Both the position numbers and the translations under genes were made by a program. From positions 2,040 through 66,039 of the forward strand of contig CAZXNT010000004.1 in the NCBI GenBank assembly GCA_964642155.1: DNA of 64,000 nt. The letters run 5' to 3'. Below are positions 9,007 to 18,688 of this stretch, piece by piece. This DNA comes from an uncultured Candidatus Saccharibacteria bacterium (GTDB taxonomy: Bacteria; Patescibacteriota; Minisyncoccia; UBA6257; UBA9933). A model generated the notes under the pieces. That model did no database searches. It saw only the letters and a program-made list of their open reading frames with translations, and had not been told where the DNA came from. How positions within the stretch are numbered: position 1 is the first letter of the stretch; each line of letters begins with the position of its first letter.

Positions 9007-9315
9007 TTGTTGTTTATATTTTTATACAGCTCACTAGAGGGAAAAAATAAAAATTTACTAAAAACAGATATGGGGGAATTTAAAAAAAGAGACTATATTT
9101 GGCCTTCTGAATCTAAATACCAGAATTATCCCAAAGAACTCAGTGATTTAGAGTATATTAGACATCAAATATACCATCCGAGAAGTAATAAAAATACTCA
9201 CGGAAAAATAGTATTGGAAAATGAGAAAAAACCTGTAGGTAAAAACTATTATACAGAAAAAGAACTAGCAGATGCTATAAAAAAAATGAGTGAGATATTT
9301 GGGGCTAGTAGTTGA
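9007..9315 (+). CDS. Hypothetical protein
   Basis: 102 aa ORF in accessory islet; no family recognised. Confidence 0.3.
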   Translation: MLFIFLYSSLEGKNKNLLKTDMGEFKKRDYIWPSESKYQNYPKELSDLEYIRHQIYHPRSNKNTHGKIVLENEKKPVGKNYYTEKELADAIKKMSEIFGASS

Positions 9316-9387
9316 GCATAGTAAATACGTTATAAAAACCACTTTATCAAAAACCGAAGTTAATAAAAAATTAGGAAAATAAATTTT

Positions 9388-9600
9388 ATGGAAGAAGAAA
9401 AAATTAAAAACATCAAAAAAACAATTATTAATACAATCGTATTTGCAGGATTAGCACACGGCGTGTTTAATGATTTAATTTATCCTGATCAATCAGACGA
9501 TTTTGGTGATTTTGGCGGGAATTATGTTATGAAAAATTCGGATAGTAGTGGCACAGCAGTAGCTTTTAATATAATTCCTTCAATTATAGATATAAATTAA
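9388..9600 (+). CDS. Hypothetical small protein
   Basis: 70 aa ORF; acidic C-terminal half. Confidence 0.25.
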   Translation: MEEEKIKNIKKTIINTIVFAGLAHGVFNDLIYPDQSDDFGDFGGNYVMKNSDSSGTAVAFNIIPSIIDIN

Positions 9601-9739
9601 ACTAACGAAAACGCGGCGCTAATTTAGGGGCTTATGCAAAAATCCGCTTTTGGCGGATTTTTGTTTGTTAATATGATAAAATAAATTTATGAATCCCGCT
9701 TTAATCCCGTCGGCCAACAAAAAAATCAGGCAAATAACT

Positions 9740-9769
9740 CATTGTACAATTCCATAGAATTGTACAATG
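9740..9769. promoter_or_regulatory. Perfect 13-4-13 palindrome cattgtacaattc-cata-gaattgtacaatg (candidate ArsR-family operator)
   Basis: Exact inverted repeat 25 bp upstream of the ArsR-family gene at 9795; same sequence recurs at 18820 and a variant at 10071. Confidence 0.55.
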
Positions 9770-9794
9770 ATAAATTATCCTATAATATTATTAT

Positions 9795-10061
9795 ATGAAA
9801 AGATGGACTGTAATTTTTAGAGCTTTGGCCAATATTAACCGGCTAAAAATAATTAAAATGCTGACCGGTGGCCACAAGATGAATGTCGGCGATATTGCGG
9901 AGGATTTGAATATTTCTTTTAAAGCCACTTCTAACCACCTTGCCATACTTAAAAATCTGGATGTTTTGGATGCGCAAGGCGTTGAGGGGCATGTTTTTTA
10001 TTTTATTAATCCTCAAATGCCCAAAGATTTCCAAAAAATAATTGAGATTACCCTAAAGTAA
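9795..10061 (+). CDS. ArsR/SmtB-family winged-helix transcriptional regulator
   Basis: 88 aa; ALANINRLKIIKML...VGDIAEDLNISFKATSNHLAILKNLDVL HTH. Confidence 0.7.
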   Translation: MKRWTVIFRALANINRLKIIKMLTGGHKMNVGDIAEDLNISFKATSNHLAILKNLDVLDAQGVEGHVFYFINPQMPKDFQKIIEITLK

Positions 10062-10070
10062 TTATATAGT

Positions 10071-10100
10071 CATTGAACAATTCCATAGAATTGTTCAATG
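10071..10100. promoter_or_regulatory. Variant palindrome cattgaacaattc-cata-gaattgttcaatg downstream of the arsR-like gene
   Basis: Same architecture as 9740..9769 with a compensated t-to-a change in each half-site. Confidence 0.5.
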
Positions 10101-10189
10101 GATAATCAATAAAAAAATAGGCGAGTAAATTTATGTCACATAATCTGCCTTTTATATTTTTTTATGATTTTTTATGATATAATATTTTT

Positions 10190-10384
10190 ATGAAGCGTTT
10201 ATATAAAAGTCGCGAGAATAAGGTCTTTTGCGGGGTGATTGGCGGGTTGGGGGAGTATTTCGGCGTTGATGCGGTGATTTTGCGGGTCGGGTATGTTTTA
10301 CTTTCCATCTTTACCGGCATCGTGCCCGGGCTTATAGCGTATTTTGTTATCTGTCTCGTGGTGCCGAAAAAATTAGAGAAATAG
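10190..10384 (+). CDS. PspC-domain membrane protein
   Basis: 64 aa; LYKSRENKVFCGVIGGLGEYFGVD...TM helix matches the PspC domain. Confidence 0.6.
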   Translation: MKRLYKSRENKVFCGVIGGLGEYFGVDAVILRVGYVLLSIFTGIVPGLIAYFVICLVVPKKLEK

Positions 10385-10435
10385 ATTTTAGATTTATTGT
10401 CGGTTGTTTTTCTATTATTCACCTGTTTGTCCATG

Positions 10436-10461
10436 CTCTAATTCGCGCGAATAAGCGAATA
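10436..10461. repeat. Copy 1 of repeated motif ctctaattcgcgcgaataagcgaata (core palindrome attcgcgcgaat)
   Basis: Shares 25+ bp with copies at 10811, 11119 and 18689; ORF 10438..10629(-) that covers it judged spurious. Confidence 0.5.
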
Positions 10462-10519
10462 AGGAAAATCCAGCAACGGCAAAATAAAAAGGTCGAAGAA
10501 ATGGTTAAGAAATAAATTT

Positions 10520-10789
10520 ATGGCAATAATCAAAAAGAAAATTTGGCCGGAATATTTTGAGGCCGTAGTTTCTGGCAGGAAGAAATTTGAGCTCCGCTTG
10601 AATGATTTTGAGATTAATGAAGGCGACACGCTTTTACTTGAAGAATATGATCCAATAAAGAAAGAATATACCGGCAGAAGCGTGGAAAAGAAAGTCGGTT
10701 ATGTTTTTAAATTCAAACCAACTGAACTTCCTTTTTACTCAAAAGAAGATATTGAAAAAAACGGTCTTCAAATAATTTCTCTGGAGTAA
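10520..10789 (+). CDS. DUF3850/ASCH-like small protein
   Basis: 89 aa; IWPEYFEAVVSGRKKFELRLNDFEINEGDTLLLEEY matches the DUF3850 pattern. Confidence 0.5.
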   Translation: MAIIKKKIWPEYFEAVVSGRKKFELRLNDFEINEGDTLLLEEYDPIKKEYTGRSVEKKVGYVFKFKPTELPFYSKEDIEKNGLQIISLE

Positions 10790-10810
10790 TAAAACATTTA
10801 AAGCGAGTTA

Positions 10811-10852
10811 TTCTCTATGCTCTAATTCGCGCGAATAAGCGAATAGATGAAA
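10811..10852. repeat. Copy 2 of repeated motif ttctctatgctctaattcgcgcgaataagcgaatagatgaaa, just upstream of a tataat box and the second arsR-like gene
   Basis: Exact 38-bp identity with copy 3; located 20-60 bp upstream of the 10872 start. Confidence 0.55.
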
Positions 10853-10871
10853 TTCTTGCTATAATTTATTT

Positions 10872-11132
10872 ATGCGTAAATTGGAGAAAATTTTAAAAGC
10901 ATTGGCTAATCGGCGGCGGTTGGCGATTTTGAAATATCTGAAAGAAAACAAAGAAGCGCCGGTAGGGGAAATTACCCACGAAATTGATTTGTCATTTAAA
11001 TCAACATCAAAACATCTTGGCGTTTTGTCGGCGGTGGATATTATTGAAAAAGACCAGCGAAGTTTGCAAATGTTTTATAGATTATCCGATAATCAAGAGT
11101 CGGCGGTTAAACACATTATTTCTATGCTCTAA
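10872..11132 (+). CDS. ArsR/SmtB-family transcriptional regulator (second copy)
   Basis: 86 aa; LKALANRRRLAILKYL...VGEITHEIDLSFKSTSKHLGVL HTH. Confidence 0.65.
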   Translation: MRKLEKILKALANRRRLAILKYLKENKEAPVGEITHEIDLSFKSTSKHLGVLSAVDIIEKDQRSLQMFYRLSDNQESAVKHIISML

Positions 11133-11182
11133 TTCGCGCGAATAAGCGAATAGATGAAAATGACTAATTACTCAACAAAAAA
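11119..11182. repeat. Copy 3 of repeated motif (covers the last 4 codons of arsR-2 through the HAD gene start)
   Basis: tttctatgctctaattcgcgcgaataagcgaatagatgaaaatgactaattactcaacaaaaaa; about 60 bp near-identical to copy 4 at 18689. Confidence 0.55.
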
Positions 11183-11896
11183 ATGAGAACAAAACTGCTT
11201 ACTAAAACATATAAAAGGAAAGTAGCTGTATTTGATATAGACGGAACATTTTTTCGTTCAAGCCTTTTGATTGAACTTGTAGAAGTATTCGTGCAAAAAG
11301 GTATTTTTCCCAGTAAAACAAGTAAAATTTATGAACCAGCATATAAAAAATGGCGTGATAGAAAAGAATCTTACGAAAACTATATTACTTCTGTAATTAA
11401 AGCATTTGATAAAAATATAGATGGTGTTGATTGCGATAAATTCGTAGAAATTGCCGATAAAGTTGCAAGCGTTAATCAAAATCACATTTATCGTTACACG
11501 CGAGATCTCATAAAAGAGTTAAAAGATAAGGATTATTTTATTTTAGCCATATCAAATTCGCCTTGGGGAGTTTTAGAAAAGTTTTGTAAGAAAAATGGCT
11601 TTGATAAAGTTTATGGAAGATTTTATAAAGTTGATGACAACGGAAAATTAACTAATACTGTTGAGCACGAAAAACTAATTTCGGATAAATCTAAAATCTT
11701 GATGCGCGCTATAGAAAAAGAAAACCTGACATTAAAAGGATCTATCGGAGTTGGAGATACTGAATCAGACATTCCGTTTTTAAAAATAGTTGAGAAGCCA
11801 ATTTGTTTTAATCCGAACAAAAAACTCTACGATTACGCTAAAAGCAAGAAATGGAAAATAGTTGTTGAAAGAAAAGATATGATTTATCATATTTAA
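11183..11896 (+). CDS. HAD-superfamily hydrolase, subfamily IB (phosphoserine phosphatase-like)
   Basis: 237 aa; VAVFDIDGTFF motif I and GVGDTESDIPFL motif IV. Confidence 0.65.
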   Translation: MRTKLLTKTYKRKVAVFDIDGTFFRSSLLIELVEVFVQKGIFPSKTSKIYEPAYKKWRDRKESYENYITSVIKAFDKNIDGVDCDKFVEIADKVASVNQNHIYRYTRDLIKELKDKDYFILAISNSPWGVLEKFCKKNGFDKVYGRFYKVDDNGKLTNTVEHEKLISDKSKILMRAIEKENLTLKGSIGVGDTESDIPFLKIVEKPICFNPNKKLYDYAKSKKWKIVVERKDMIYHI

Positions 11897-11922
11897 TACA
11901 GTAAATTAAAAAAGATAAAAAT

Positions 11923-13386
11923 CTACACCTTATCTAAATCTAAAGTCATATCAATCTTAATTTGCTTCACAAATTCTGGCACATGGCTTACAAGAATCAT
12001 TGCGCCGGTATATTTATCTATAGCAGAAGCAATAACAGGGATATGCCTAAAATTAATATGGTTAGTAGGTTCATCAAGAATTAATAATCCCGGTTTTTGA
12101 AGTACGAGACGAGTAAAAGCAACTAATCCTTTTAATCCTTCTGATAAATTTCCAACTTTTGTTTTTAATAATTGCTCGTTAATTAAAAATCCAGACGCAA
12201 TTGAACGAAGTTTTTGCTGAGTCATATCAGAATTATCCTTTATCACTGCTATTAGTGATTCATACACGGTATCTTCAAAATTAAGTGTAGAAAAATCTTG
12301 TCTGTAATAACCAATTTCTATACCAGTAGTAATTAGCTCTCCCTTTAAATCTCCGTGCGCTAATTTTTCAAGCAAAGTGGTTTTTCCAATTCCATTCGCC
12401 CCTGTTAAAAGTAAGCGCTCACCCTTTTTTAAAATAACATTAACTTTTTTATTAACTGATTTATGATTTTTTATGATAGAAACGGATTTTAATTCCAATA
12501 CTTGACCAACTATATCTTCTTGGCACGGAATAAAGAAACTGCGAATTGTTTTATCTTCTTGTCGTTCATCTACTATTTCTTCTTCTAATTCTTCAATTTT
12601 CGCGTTCATTTTTTTTGCTATATTACGCATCTTCCCTCCTTTTTGAGCAAAGAAATTTGCTTGTTCTTTTCTATGTATAATATCTTTTTCAAGCCGTACA
12701 TTTTTCATTCTTTCTCTTTCTAAACGCACCTTAATTTCTTCAACAACATCAAAATAGTTTCCGACATATTGCTCTACTTTATGAGTAAATATATCCAAAT
12801 AAAGAACGCCTTGCGTAAAAGCATTAAGAAAATCAGCATCATGAGAAATAACCACACAAGTTTTTTTATAATCCAAAAGAAATTGCGTTAAATGTTCAAT
12901 GCCAGCTTTATCTAAATTATTAGTCGGTTCGTCTAATAGTAATAAATCAGGGTCTTGAATAAGGGCAGATGCAAGAAGAAGGCGCGCTTGTTGGCCTCCG
13001 GAAAATGACTTAACAATCCTTTCATAAGGGGCATTTAAATTTACAATCTCGCATACAGCATCAATTCGCGGGTCAATGTTGTATATTTTTTCCGTAAAAC
13101 ATTTCTCAAAAAATTCTCGTACAGTTAAATCCATTTGATCGCGGGGGATTACTTGCCGAGCAGTGGCGACTGTAATTTTATCATCAGTATTAATTGCTCC
13201 AGATTCAGGATGTAATATTTTTGTAATAAGTTGAAAAATAGTGCTTTTCCCGGAACCATTTTGACCCATTAAAGTTATTTTTGCTCCGCGACGAATTGAA
13301 AAATCCGCCTCTTGTAAAATAGGTTTATTATGCCCATACCCAAACGACGCCTTATTAAATCTAATTATAACTTCATTTTGCGCCAT
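11923..13386 (-). CDS. ABC-F family ATPase (tandem ABC domains, no transmembrane domain)
   Basis: 487 aa; Walker A GQNGSGKST and GANGIGKTT, signatures LSGGQQARL and LSEGLKGLV, helical linker between the two domains. Confidence 0.8.
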   Translation of the reverse strand: MAQNEVIIRFNKASFGYGHNKPILQEADFSIRRGAKITLMGQNGSGKSTIFQLITKILHPESGAINTDDKITVATARQVIPRDQMDLTVREFFEKCFTEKIYNIDPRIDAVCEIVNLNAPYERIVKSFSGGQQARLLLASALIQDPDLLLLDEPTNNLDKAGIEHLTQFLLDYKKTCVVISHDADFLNAFTQGVLYLDIFTHKVEQYVGNYFDVVEEIKVRLERERMKNVRLEKDIIHRKEQANFFAQKGGKMRNIAKKMNAKIEELEEEIVDERQEDKTIRSFFIPCQEDIVGQVLELKSVSIIKNHKSVNKKVNVILKKGERLLLTGANGIGKTTLLEKLAHGDLKGELITTGIEIGYYRQDFSTLNFEDTVYESLIAVIKDNSDMTQQKLRSIASGFLINEQLLKTKVGNLSEGLKGLVAFTRLVLQKPGLLILDEPTNHINFRHIPVIASAIDKYTGAMILVSHVPEFVKQIKIDMTLDLDKV

Positions 13387-13446
13387 AACATTATAGGATA
13401 ATCTAATTTTAGTAATTTTTCCAGTATTTATAAAGAAATTTATCTT

Positions 13447-14709
13447 TTGTATACTTATATTATTATGAAAAATAATATTTGGGACGTTATTGTTATTGGC
13501 GGTGGACCGGCAGGAATGATTTCAGCTGGAAGATCGGCAGAATTAGGCAGTTCTGTTTTATTACTTGAAAAAAATCCAACACTTGGAAAAAAACTCCTTA
13601 TAACCGGAGGTGGAAGATGTAATCTTACGAATAATAGACCGGATATTCGTAATATGGTCACGCAATATAATGGAAGCGATCAATTTCTTATGTCCGCATT
13701 CTCACAGTTTGATGTTGTAAAAACATTAAGTTTTTTTAATTCTAGGGGAATGAAGATAAAAGAAGAAGCGGGCGGGAGAATTTTTCCAACCTCAGATAAA
13801 TCACAGTCAGTGTTAGATGTACTAGTAAAATATATGAGTAAGGGTGGAGTAGAAATAAAAACAAAAGCAATAGTTTCTGATTTTTCTATTGATAAAAAAA
13901 CTGGATGCGTAGTAATTCAACTTAAAACAGGAACTACTTTAATGGCGAAGTCATGTATTATCGCCACAGGAGGAACATCACATCCAGAAACAGGCTCAAC
14001 GGGAGAAGGTTTTAAATGGCTTAAAAAAATAGGACATACAATTGTAAAAAATAATTTTGCTCTTGTTCCTATTGCGATTAAAGATAAATGGGTAAAAAAT
14101 TTAACCGGAATAACACTAAACGATATTAAACTCACTGTATTGTTAGATGGAAAAAAACAAGATTCTAAAAAAGGAAGGGTACTGTTTACGCATTTTGGAA
14201 TTAGCGGGCCAATGGTATTAAATATGAGTAAAAATATTGGTGAATTATTACCTCGTGGAGAAGTAATTATTATACTGGATTTATTCCCAAAATTTGACCT
14301 CGGCGCTCTTAAAAAAACTTTGCAAAATATTCTTATAACAGAAAGTAATAAAAAATTAAAAAATACTTTAAGCGCAATTATTCCGTCAGCTATTGTTCCA
14401 ATAATACTTACAATGGCTGGAGTAGATGGTGAAACGGCAAATCACAGCATACGGCATGAAGAAAGAAAAAAACTTGTTAACTGTATGAAAGGAATCCCAA
14501 TGCGCGTAGAAGGATTATTGGGCGCGCATAAAGCAATTGTGTCTTCAGGCGGCGTTAAGCTTGAAGAAGTAAATTTTAAAACAATGCAGTCGCGCGTTAC
14601 ACCGCAAATATATCTTGTTGGAGATGTACTTAATATCAATCGTCCATCTGGAGGATACAGTCTGCAATTATGCTGGACAACGGGGTTTGTGGCAGGAAGT
14701 AATGCTTAA
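13447..14709 (+). CDS. FAD-dependent oxidoreductase, HI0933/aminoacetone-oxidase-like family
   Basis: 420 aa; WDVIVIGGGPAGMISA Rossmann motif and GGGRCNLTN signature. Confidence 0.7.
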   Translation: MYTYIIMKNNIWDVIVIGGGPAGMISAGRSAELGSSVLLLEKNPTLGKKLLITGGGRCNLTNNRPDIRNMVTQYNGSDQFLMSAFSQFDVVKTLSFFNSRGMKIKEEAGGRIFPTSDKSQSVLDVLVKYMSKGGVEIKTKAIVSDFSIDKKTGCVVIQLKTGTTLMAKSCIIATGGTSHPETGSTGEGFKWLKKIGHTIVKNNFALVPIAIKDKWVKNLTGITLNDIKLTVLLDGKKQDSKKGRVLFTHFGISGPMVLNMSKNIGELLPRGEVIIILDLFPKFDLGALKKTLQNILITESNKKLKNTLSAIIPSAIVPIILTMAGVDGETANHSIRHEERKKLVNCMKGIPMRVEGLLGAHKAIVSSGGVKLEEVNFKTMQSRVTPQIYLVGDVLNINRPSGGYSLQLCWTTGFVAGSNA

Positions 14710-14730
14710 AATTATGTTAAAATAAATCTT

Positions 14731-15621
14731 ATGAGAACTTATCTTCCTAAACTACTTATATTCATTTCAGGATTCATAATAGTTGCGTCTTTGGGATATG
14801 GCGGCTACCGCTATACTCTTACTGTAAAAGAGCTTAAAGCGACTAAAAACAATCTTGCCTCAACCACGGCAGAGTTTGAGAATAAAGTTAAACAGCTTGA
14901 AACCAATCTTTCTCAAGCTAAAAACGAAAACACAATTCTTACAAATTCACTTGTCGCCGAACAAGATAAAAATAATTTATTTGAGGGGCAGATAAGTTTA
15001 ATTCAAGGCGCCGTCAATATTCTTGAAAAACTTCGCAAAACAGACGAAGAACTTTTGCAAAAATACTCAAAAGTTTATTTTCTCAACGAAAACTATGTGC
15101 CATCCAATCTTGCCGAGATTGATTTAAAATATTTATACAACAAAAGTCAGCTTTTTCAAATACACGCTAATGTTCAACCGTATCTTTATAATTTGTTTGA
15201 AAACGCCTCTTCAAGCGGTATGTCTATGGAAATAATTTCGGCTTATCGATCGTTTGGCGCTCAGACGTCTCTTAAATTAAACTACAAAATGACGTACGGC
15301 TCGGGCGCCAATAAATTTTCGGCAGACCAAGGATATTCAGAGCATCAGCTTGGAACAACCATAGATATTACAACCCCGGATATTGGCGCGTCGTTTACAA
15401 AATTTGAAATAACAACCGCGTATAAATGGCTTACGGAAAACGCGTATAAATACGGCTTTATACTCTCTTATCCCAAACAAAACACGTATTATCGGTTTGA
15501 GCCGTGGCATTGGCGATTTGTTGGCGTTGCTCTGGCCACAAAACTGCGCGACAGTGATAAATATTTTTATAATTTGGACCAACGCGAAATTGATTCTTAT
15601 CTTGTTTCTATTTTTGATTAA
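14731..15621 (+). CDS. D-alanyl-D-alanine carboxypeptidase (peptidase M15B/VanY-like), membrane-anchored with coiled-coil
   Basis: 296 aa; SAYRSFGAQ, SEHQLGTTIDI and EPWHWRF zinc-site motifs of VanY. Confidence 0.7.
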   Translation: MRTYLPKLLIFISGFIIVASLGYGGYRYTLTVKELKATKNNLASTTAEFENKVKQLETNLSQAKNENTILTNSLVAEQDKNNLFEGQISLIQGAVNILEKLRKTDEELLQKYSKVYFLNENYVPSNLAEIDLKYLYNKSQLFQIHANVQPYLYNLFENASSSGMSMEIISAYRSFGAQTSLKLNYKMTYGSGANKFSADQGYSEHQLGTTIDITTPDIGASFTKFEITTAYKWLTENAYKYGFILSYPKQNTYYRFEPWHWRFVGVALATKLRDSDKYFYNLDQREIDSYLVSIFD

Positions 15622-15643
15622 TTTGTTATAATTAATAATATTC

Positions 15644-17167
15644 ATGATAAACATTCTTTCGCCGATTAATATTTTTAAACGAGAACAAAAATTAAAACTT
15701 CTTTTTGTCGCTTCCGAAGCGGCGCCTTTTGTCAAAGTCGGCGGGTTGGGCGAAGTAATGCGTTCTTTACCCGGCGCTCTTCGGACATTAGGCCACGATG
15801 CTCGCGTTTTTCTTCCCAAGTATGCCACTATTGATACTGAAAAATATCCCTTGCGTTTAGAACTTGAAGGTTTGCAGCCGGCGCCTTCCGAGAGAGAAGA
15901 CCCGTACGGTCTTTTTGTTTCCAATGTTTTGAGATACGATAATGATTCGGGCGAAACTATCGCGTATTTTCTTGAAAATTTGGAGTATTACGAAAAACGG
16001 GCGAATGTTTACGGCTACGCCGATGACGCGATAAGATGGGCGCTTCTTTCAAGAGCGGTTCTTGAATTTTTAAAACATTCATCCTGGCGACCGGACGTAA
16101 TTATTGCCGCTGATTGGCAAACCGGCCTTATTCCAAATTATTTTCATACTATTTACAAAAACGACCCTAAACTTTTGCCAATGGCAATTGTTTTTTCCAT
16201 TCATAATCTTTCTTTTCAAGCAATGTTTGACCATCATTTTGTTCCTGAAATGGATTATGATTCAGGGAGAGAAGCAATTCCGGATTTTAACGATTTGAGA
16301 CTCTTAAAACTTAATTTTATGAGACGGGGCATTATGTACGCCGATGTCGTTAATACTGTTTCGCCCACGTATTCACAGGAGATTACTACGCCAGAATATG
16401 GCGAGGGATTGCATGAGCTTTTAAGCGAAAGACGCTCAAGGCTTTCGGGTATTTTAAACGGTATTGATACCGACATTTATAGTCCCGAAACCGATTCTAA
16501 TATCCAATTTCACTATGGCGTAAAAACGTTGGATTTAAAAACGAAAAACAAGTTGGCTCTTCAGCGGGAATTTAATTTACCTGTTCGCGACGATGTTCCG
16601 CTTTTTGGCATTGCTTCAAGATTAACCGACCAAAAGGGATTTGGCTTGCTTATGGATGCGGCAAAACCGCTTTTAGAAAATTTTGACATCCAATTGATTG
16701 TTGTCGGTTCCGGCGAAGGGCATTTTATGACTTTTTTTCAAGAATTGGCGAAAAAATATCCCCAGAAAGTTGGTATTCACTTAAATTATGATGAAATTCT
16801 CGCTCATATGATTTATGCCGGAGCTGACGCGGTTATTATTCCTTCACGTTTTGAGCCGTGCGGCTTGACGCAAATGGAAGCGATGCGTTACGGAACTGTG
16901 CCGATTGTCCGCAAGACTGGCGGTTTGGCGGATAGTGTCGTGGATTATAATCCTACAAATCAAACCGGCACAGGTTTTGTTTTTGAAAAGTTTGACAACC
17001 ACGCTTTTTACGGCGCAATGGTGAGAGCTATTGAGACTTATCGTTATCCTGAATTTTGGCGCGATATTCAAAAACGAGCTATGAAAGCCGATTTTTCGTG
17101 GACCAAATCAGCCAGCGAATACGTTGAATTATTTAAAAAAGCTATGGAATATCATGTATTGGGCTAA
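15644..17167 (+). CDS. glgA: Glycogen/starch synthase (GT5)
   Basis: 507 aa; KVGGLGEV glycine-rich motif near the N-terminus; GT-B C-terminal half. Confidence 0.8.
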   Translation: MINILSPINIFKREQKLKLLFVASEAAPFVKVGGLGEVMRSLPGALRTLGHDARVFLPKYATIDTEKYPLRLELEGLQPAPSEREDPYGLFVSNVLRYDNDSGETIAYFLENLEYYEKRANVYGYADDAIRWALLSRAVLEFLKHSSWRPDVIIAADWQTGLIPNYFHTIYKNDPKLLPMAIVFSIHNLSFQAMFDHHFVPEMDYDSGREAIPDFNDLRLLKLNFMRRGIMYADVVNTVSPTYSQEITTPEYGEGLHELLSERRSRLSGILNGIDTDIYSPETDSNIQFHYGVKTLDLKTKNKLALQREFNLPVRDDVPLFGIASRLTDQKGFGLLMDAAKPLLENFDIQLIVVGSGEGHFMTFFQELAKKYPQKVGIHLNYDEILAHMIYAGADAVIIPSRFEPCGLTQMEAMRYGTVPIVRKTGGLADSVVDYNPTNQTGTGFVFEKFDNHAFYGAMVRAIETYRYPEFWRDIQKRAMKADFSWTKSASEYVELFKKAMEYHVLG

Positions 17168-18668
17168 CTTTTTACATTTTTACCAGCCGGCGGAACAACA
17201 ACAGGATGTTTTAGAAGCAATTGTCGCCCAAAGTTATCGTCCTCTAATTGAAGGAATAAAAAAACATAAAAGAGTTAGTCTTACCTTAAACATAAACGGC
17301 ACTCTTTTTGAGCTTTTAGATAAATATGGTTATAAGGATATTATTGACGGCTTGCGCGAAGCGAGCAGGGAAGGAAGAATTGAATTTACGTCTTCGGTAA
17401 AATATCACGCCCTTTTGCCTTTTTTAAAAGAAGACGAAATCGTCAGACAGATAAAAATGAATGACGAGACCAATAAGTTTTTCTTGGGAGATTTCTATAA
17501 ACCTCAAGGTTTTTTTCCGCCGGAGATGGCTTATAGCGAAACCTGCCTGCCGGCAGGCAAGAACATGCCGGCCTTGATTTCTTCGCTCGGTTTCAAGTGG
17601 ATTATTCTTGATGAAATAGCTTACGATGGTTTTGTCGGACATATTGATTATAAAAAAATTCATAAAATTGCCGGAAGCGATCTTTTGGTTTTTTTCCGCG
17701 AACGTCGTTTAAGCAATCTTATTATGAGCGCCGTTGTCCGATCGCGGGAAACACTACTTGAGGCGATGAAAGAAGATATTTTAAGCGGACGATATTTGGT
17801 AACGGCTATGGATGCGGAAACTTTCGGTCATCATCGGCCTGGTTTGGAAAAAATGCTTTTTGATATTTTTGACGCGCCGGAATTTGAGCTTATCAAAATT
17901 TCTGATATTTCTGACCACTACCGAGAAACAAAAGAAATTTCGCCGGTAAAATCAACTTGGGCTTCGAGCCGAAATGACATTGAAGAAAATACCCAGTTTC
18001 TTTCCTGGTCCGACCCGGAAAATATAATTCACCAATGGCAGTGGAAATTTACCGAGCTTGTTATTAAAGAAATTAACGCCATAAATAAAAACCATCCCCA
18101 TTACAGCTTAGTTAGAAAGAAAACCGACATAGCGCTCTCGAGCGATCACTTTTGGTGGGCTTCGGCTAAACCCTGGTGGAGTTTAGAAATGATTGAGGGC
18201 GGAGCCTATCGTTTGCTTGATACGATAAAACACATCCCCGATGTTTCAAAAGAGATTATTGAAGAAGCTCGCGATTATTATGAAAAGATAATAACCACTG
18301 CTTTCAATTGGCAGCGGACCGGAAAAATCAGGCAAATGATGAAAGAACAAAAATCTATTTTGCGGATTCCTTTTAAAGATAGAACTGTCGGCCGAGGTGG
18401 CGCCGAAGAAGGCGTTTATTGGGCTTTTATTAATATGATGAAGCGGTTGGAAAAAGAAGCGGCAAACAAGGGGGAATATGAAAAAGCGATTTTATGGCGA
18501 GACGCCATTTACAAACTTGAAAACAAACTCGATGTTTACGATACTATAAACGCCATCGACCTTTTACGAGTGGAAATTCCTCATAAAGAAGTTGAAGAAA
18601 CGATCGAAAAATATAAAGACAAGTACCGGCAAATTCGCGGTGGCCAACCGGAACAGCGGGGAACTTAA
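17124..18668 (+). CDS. Glycoside hydrolase family 57 protein (alpha-glucan branching/amylase-like)
   Basis: 514 aa; N-terminal LHFYQPAEQ and catalytic-region MDAETFGHH resemble GH57; immediately follows glgA. Confidence 0.55.
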   Translation: MNYLKKLWNIMYWANFLHFYQPAEQQQDVLEAIVAQSYRPLIEGIKKHKRVSLTLNINGTLFELLDKYGYKDIIDGLREASREGRIEFTSSVKYHALLPFLKEDEIVRQIKMNDETNKFFLGDFYKPQGFFPPEMAYSETCLPAGKNMPALISSLGFKWIILDEIAYDGFVGHIDYKKIHKIAGSDLLVFFRERRLSNLIMSAVVRSRETLLEAMKEDILSGRYLVTAMDAETFGHHRPGLEKMLFDIFDAPEFELIKISDISDHYRETKEISPVKSTWASSRNDIEENTQFLSWSDPENIIHQWQWKFTELVIKEINAINKNHPHYSLVRKKTDIALSSDHFWWASAKPWWSLEMIEGGAYRLLDTIKHIPDVSKEIIEEARDYYEKIITTAFNWQRTGKIRQMMKEQKSILRIPFKDRTVGRGGAEEGVYWAFINMMKRLEKEAANKGEYEKAILWRDAIYKLENKLDVYDTINAIDLLRVEIPHKEVEETIEKYKDKYRQIRGGQPEQRGT

Positions 18669-18688
18669 TTTGGAAAAGGCAAACGTTA

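Noticed and set aside
15337-15924. 195-aa ORF 15337..15924(-)
   Set aside because: It is antisense overlap of the VanY-like and glgA genes, both of which have strong motif support.
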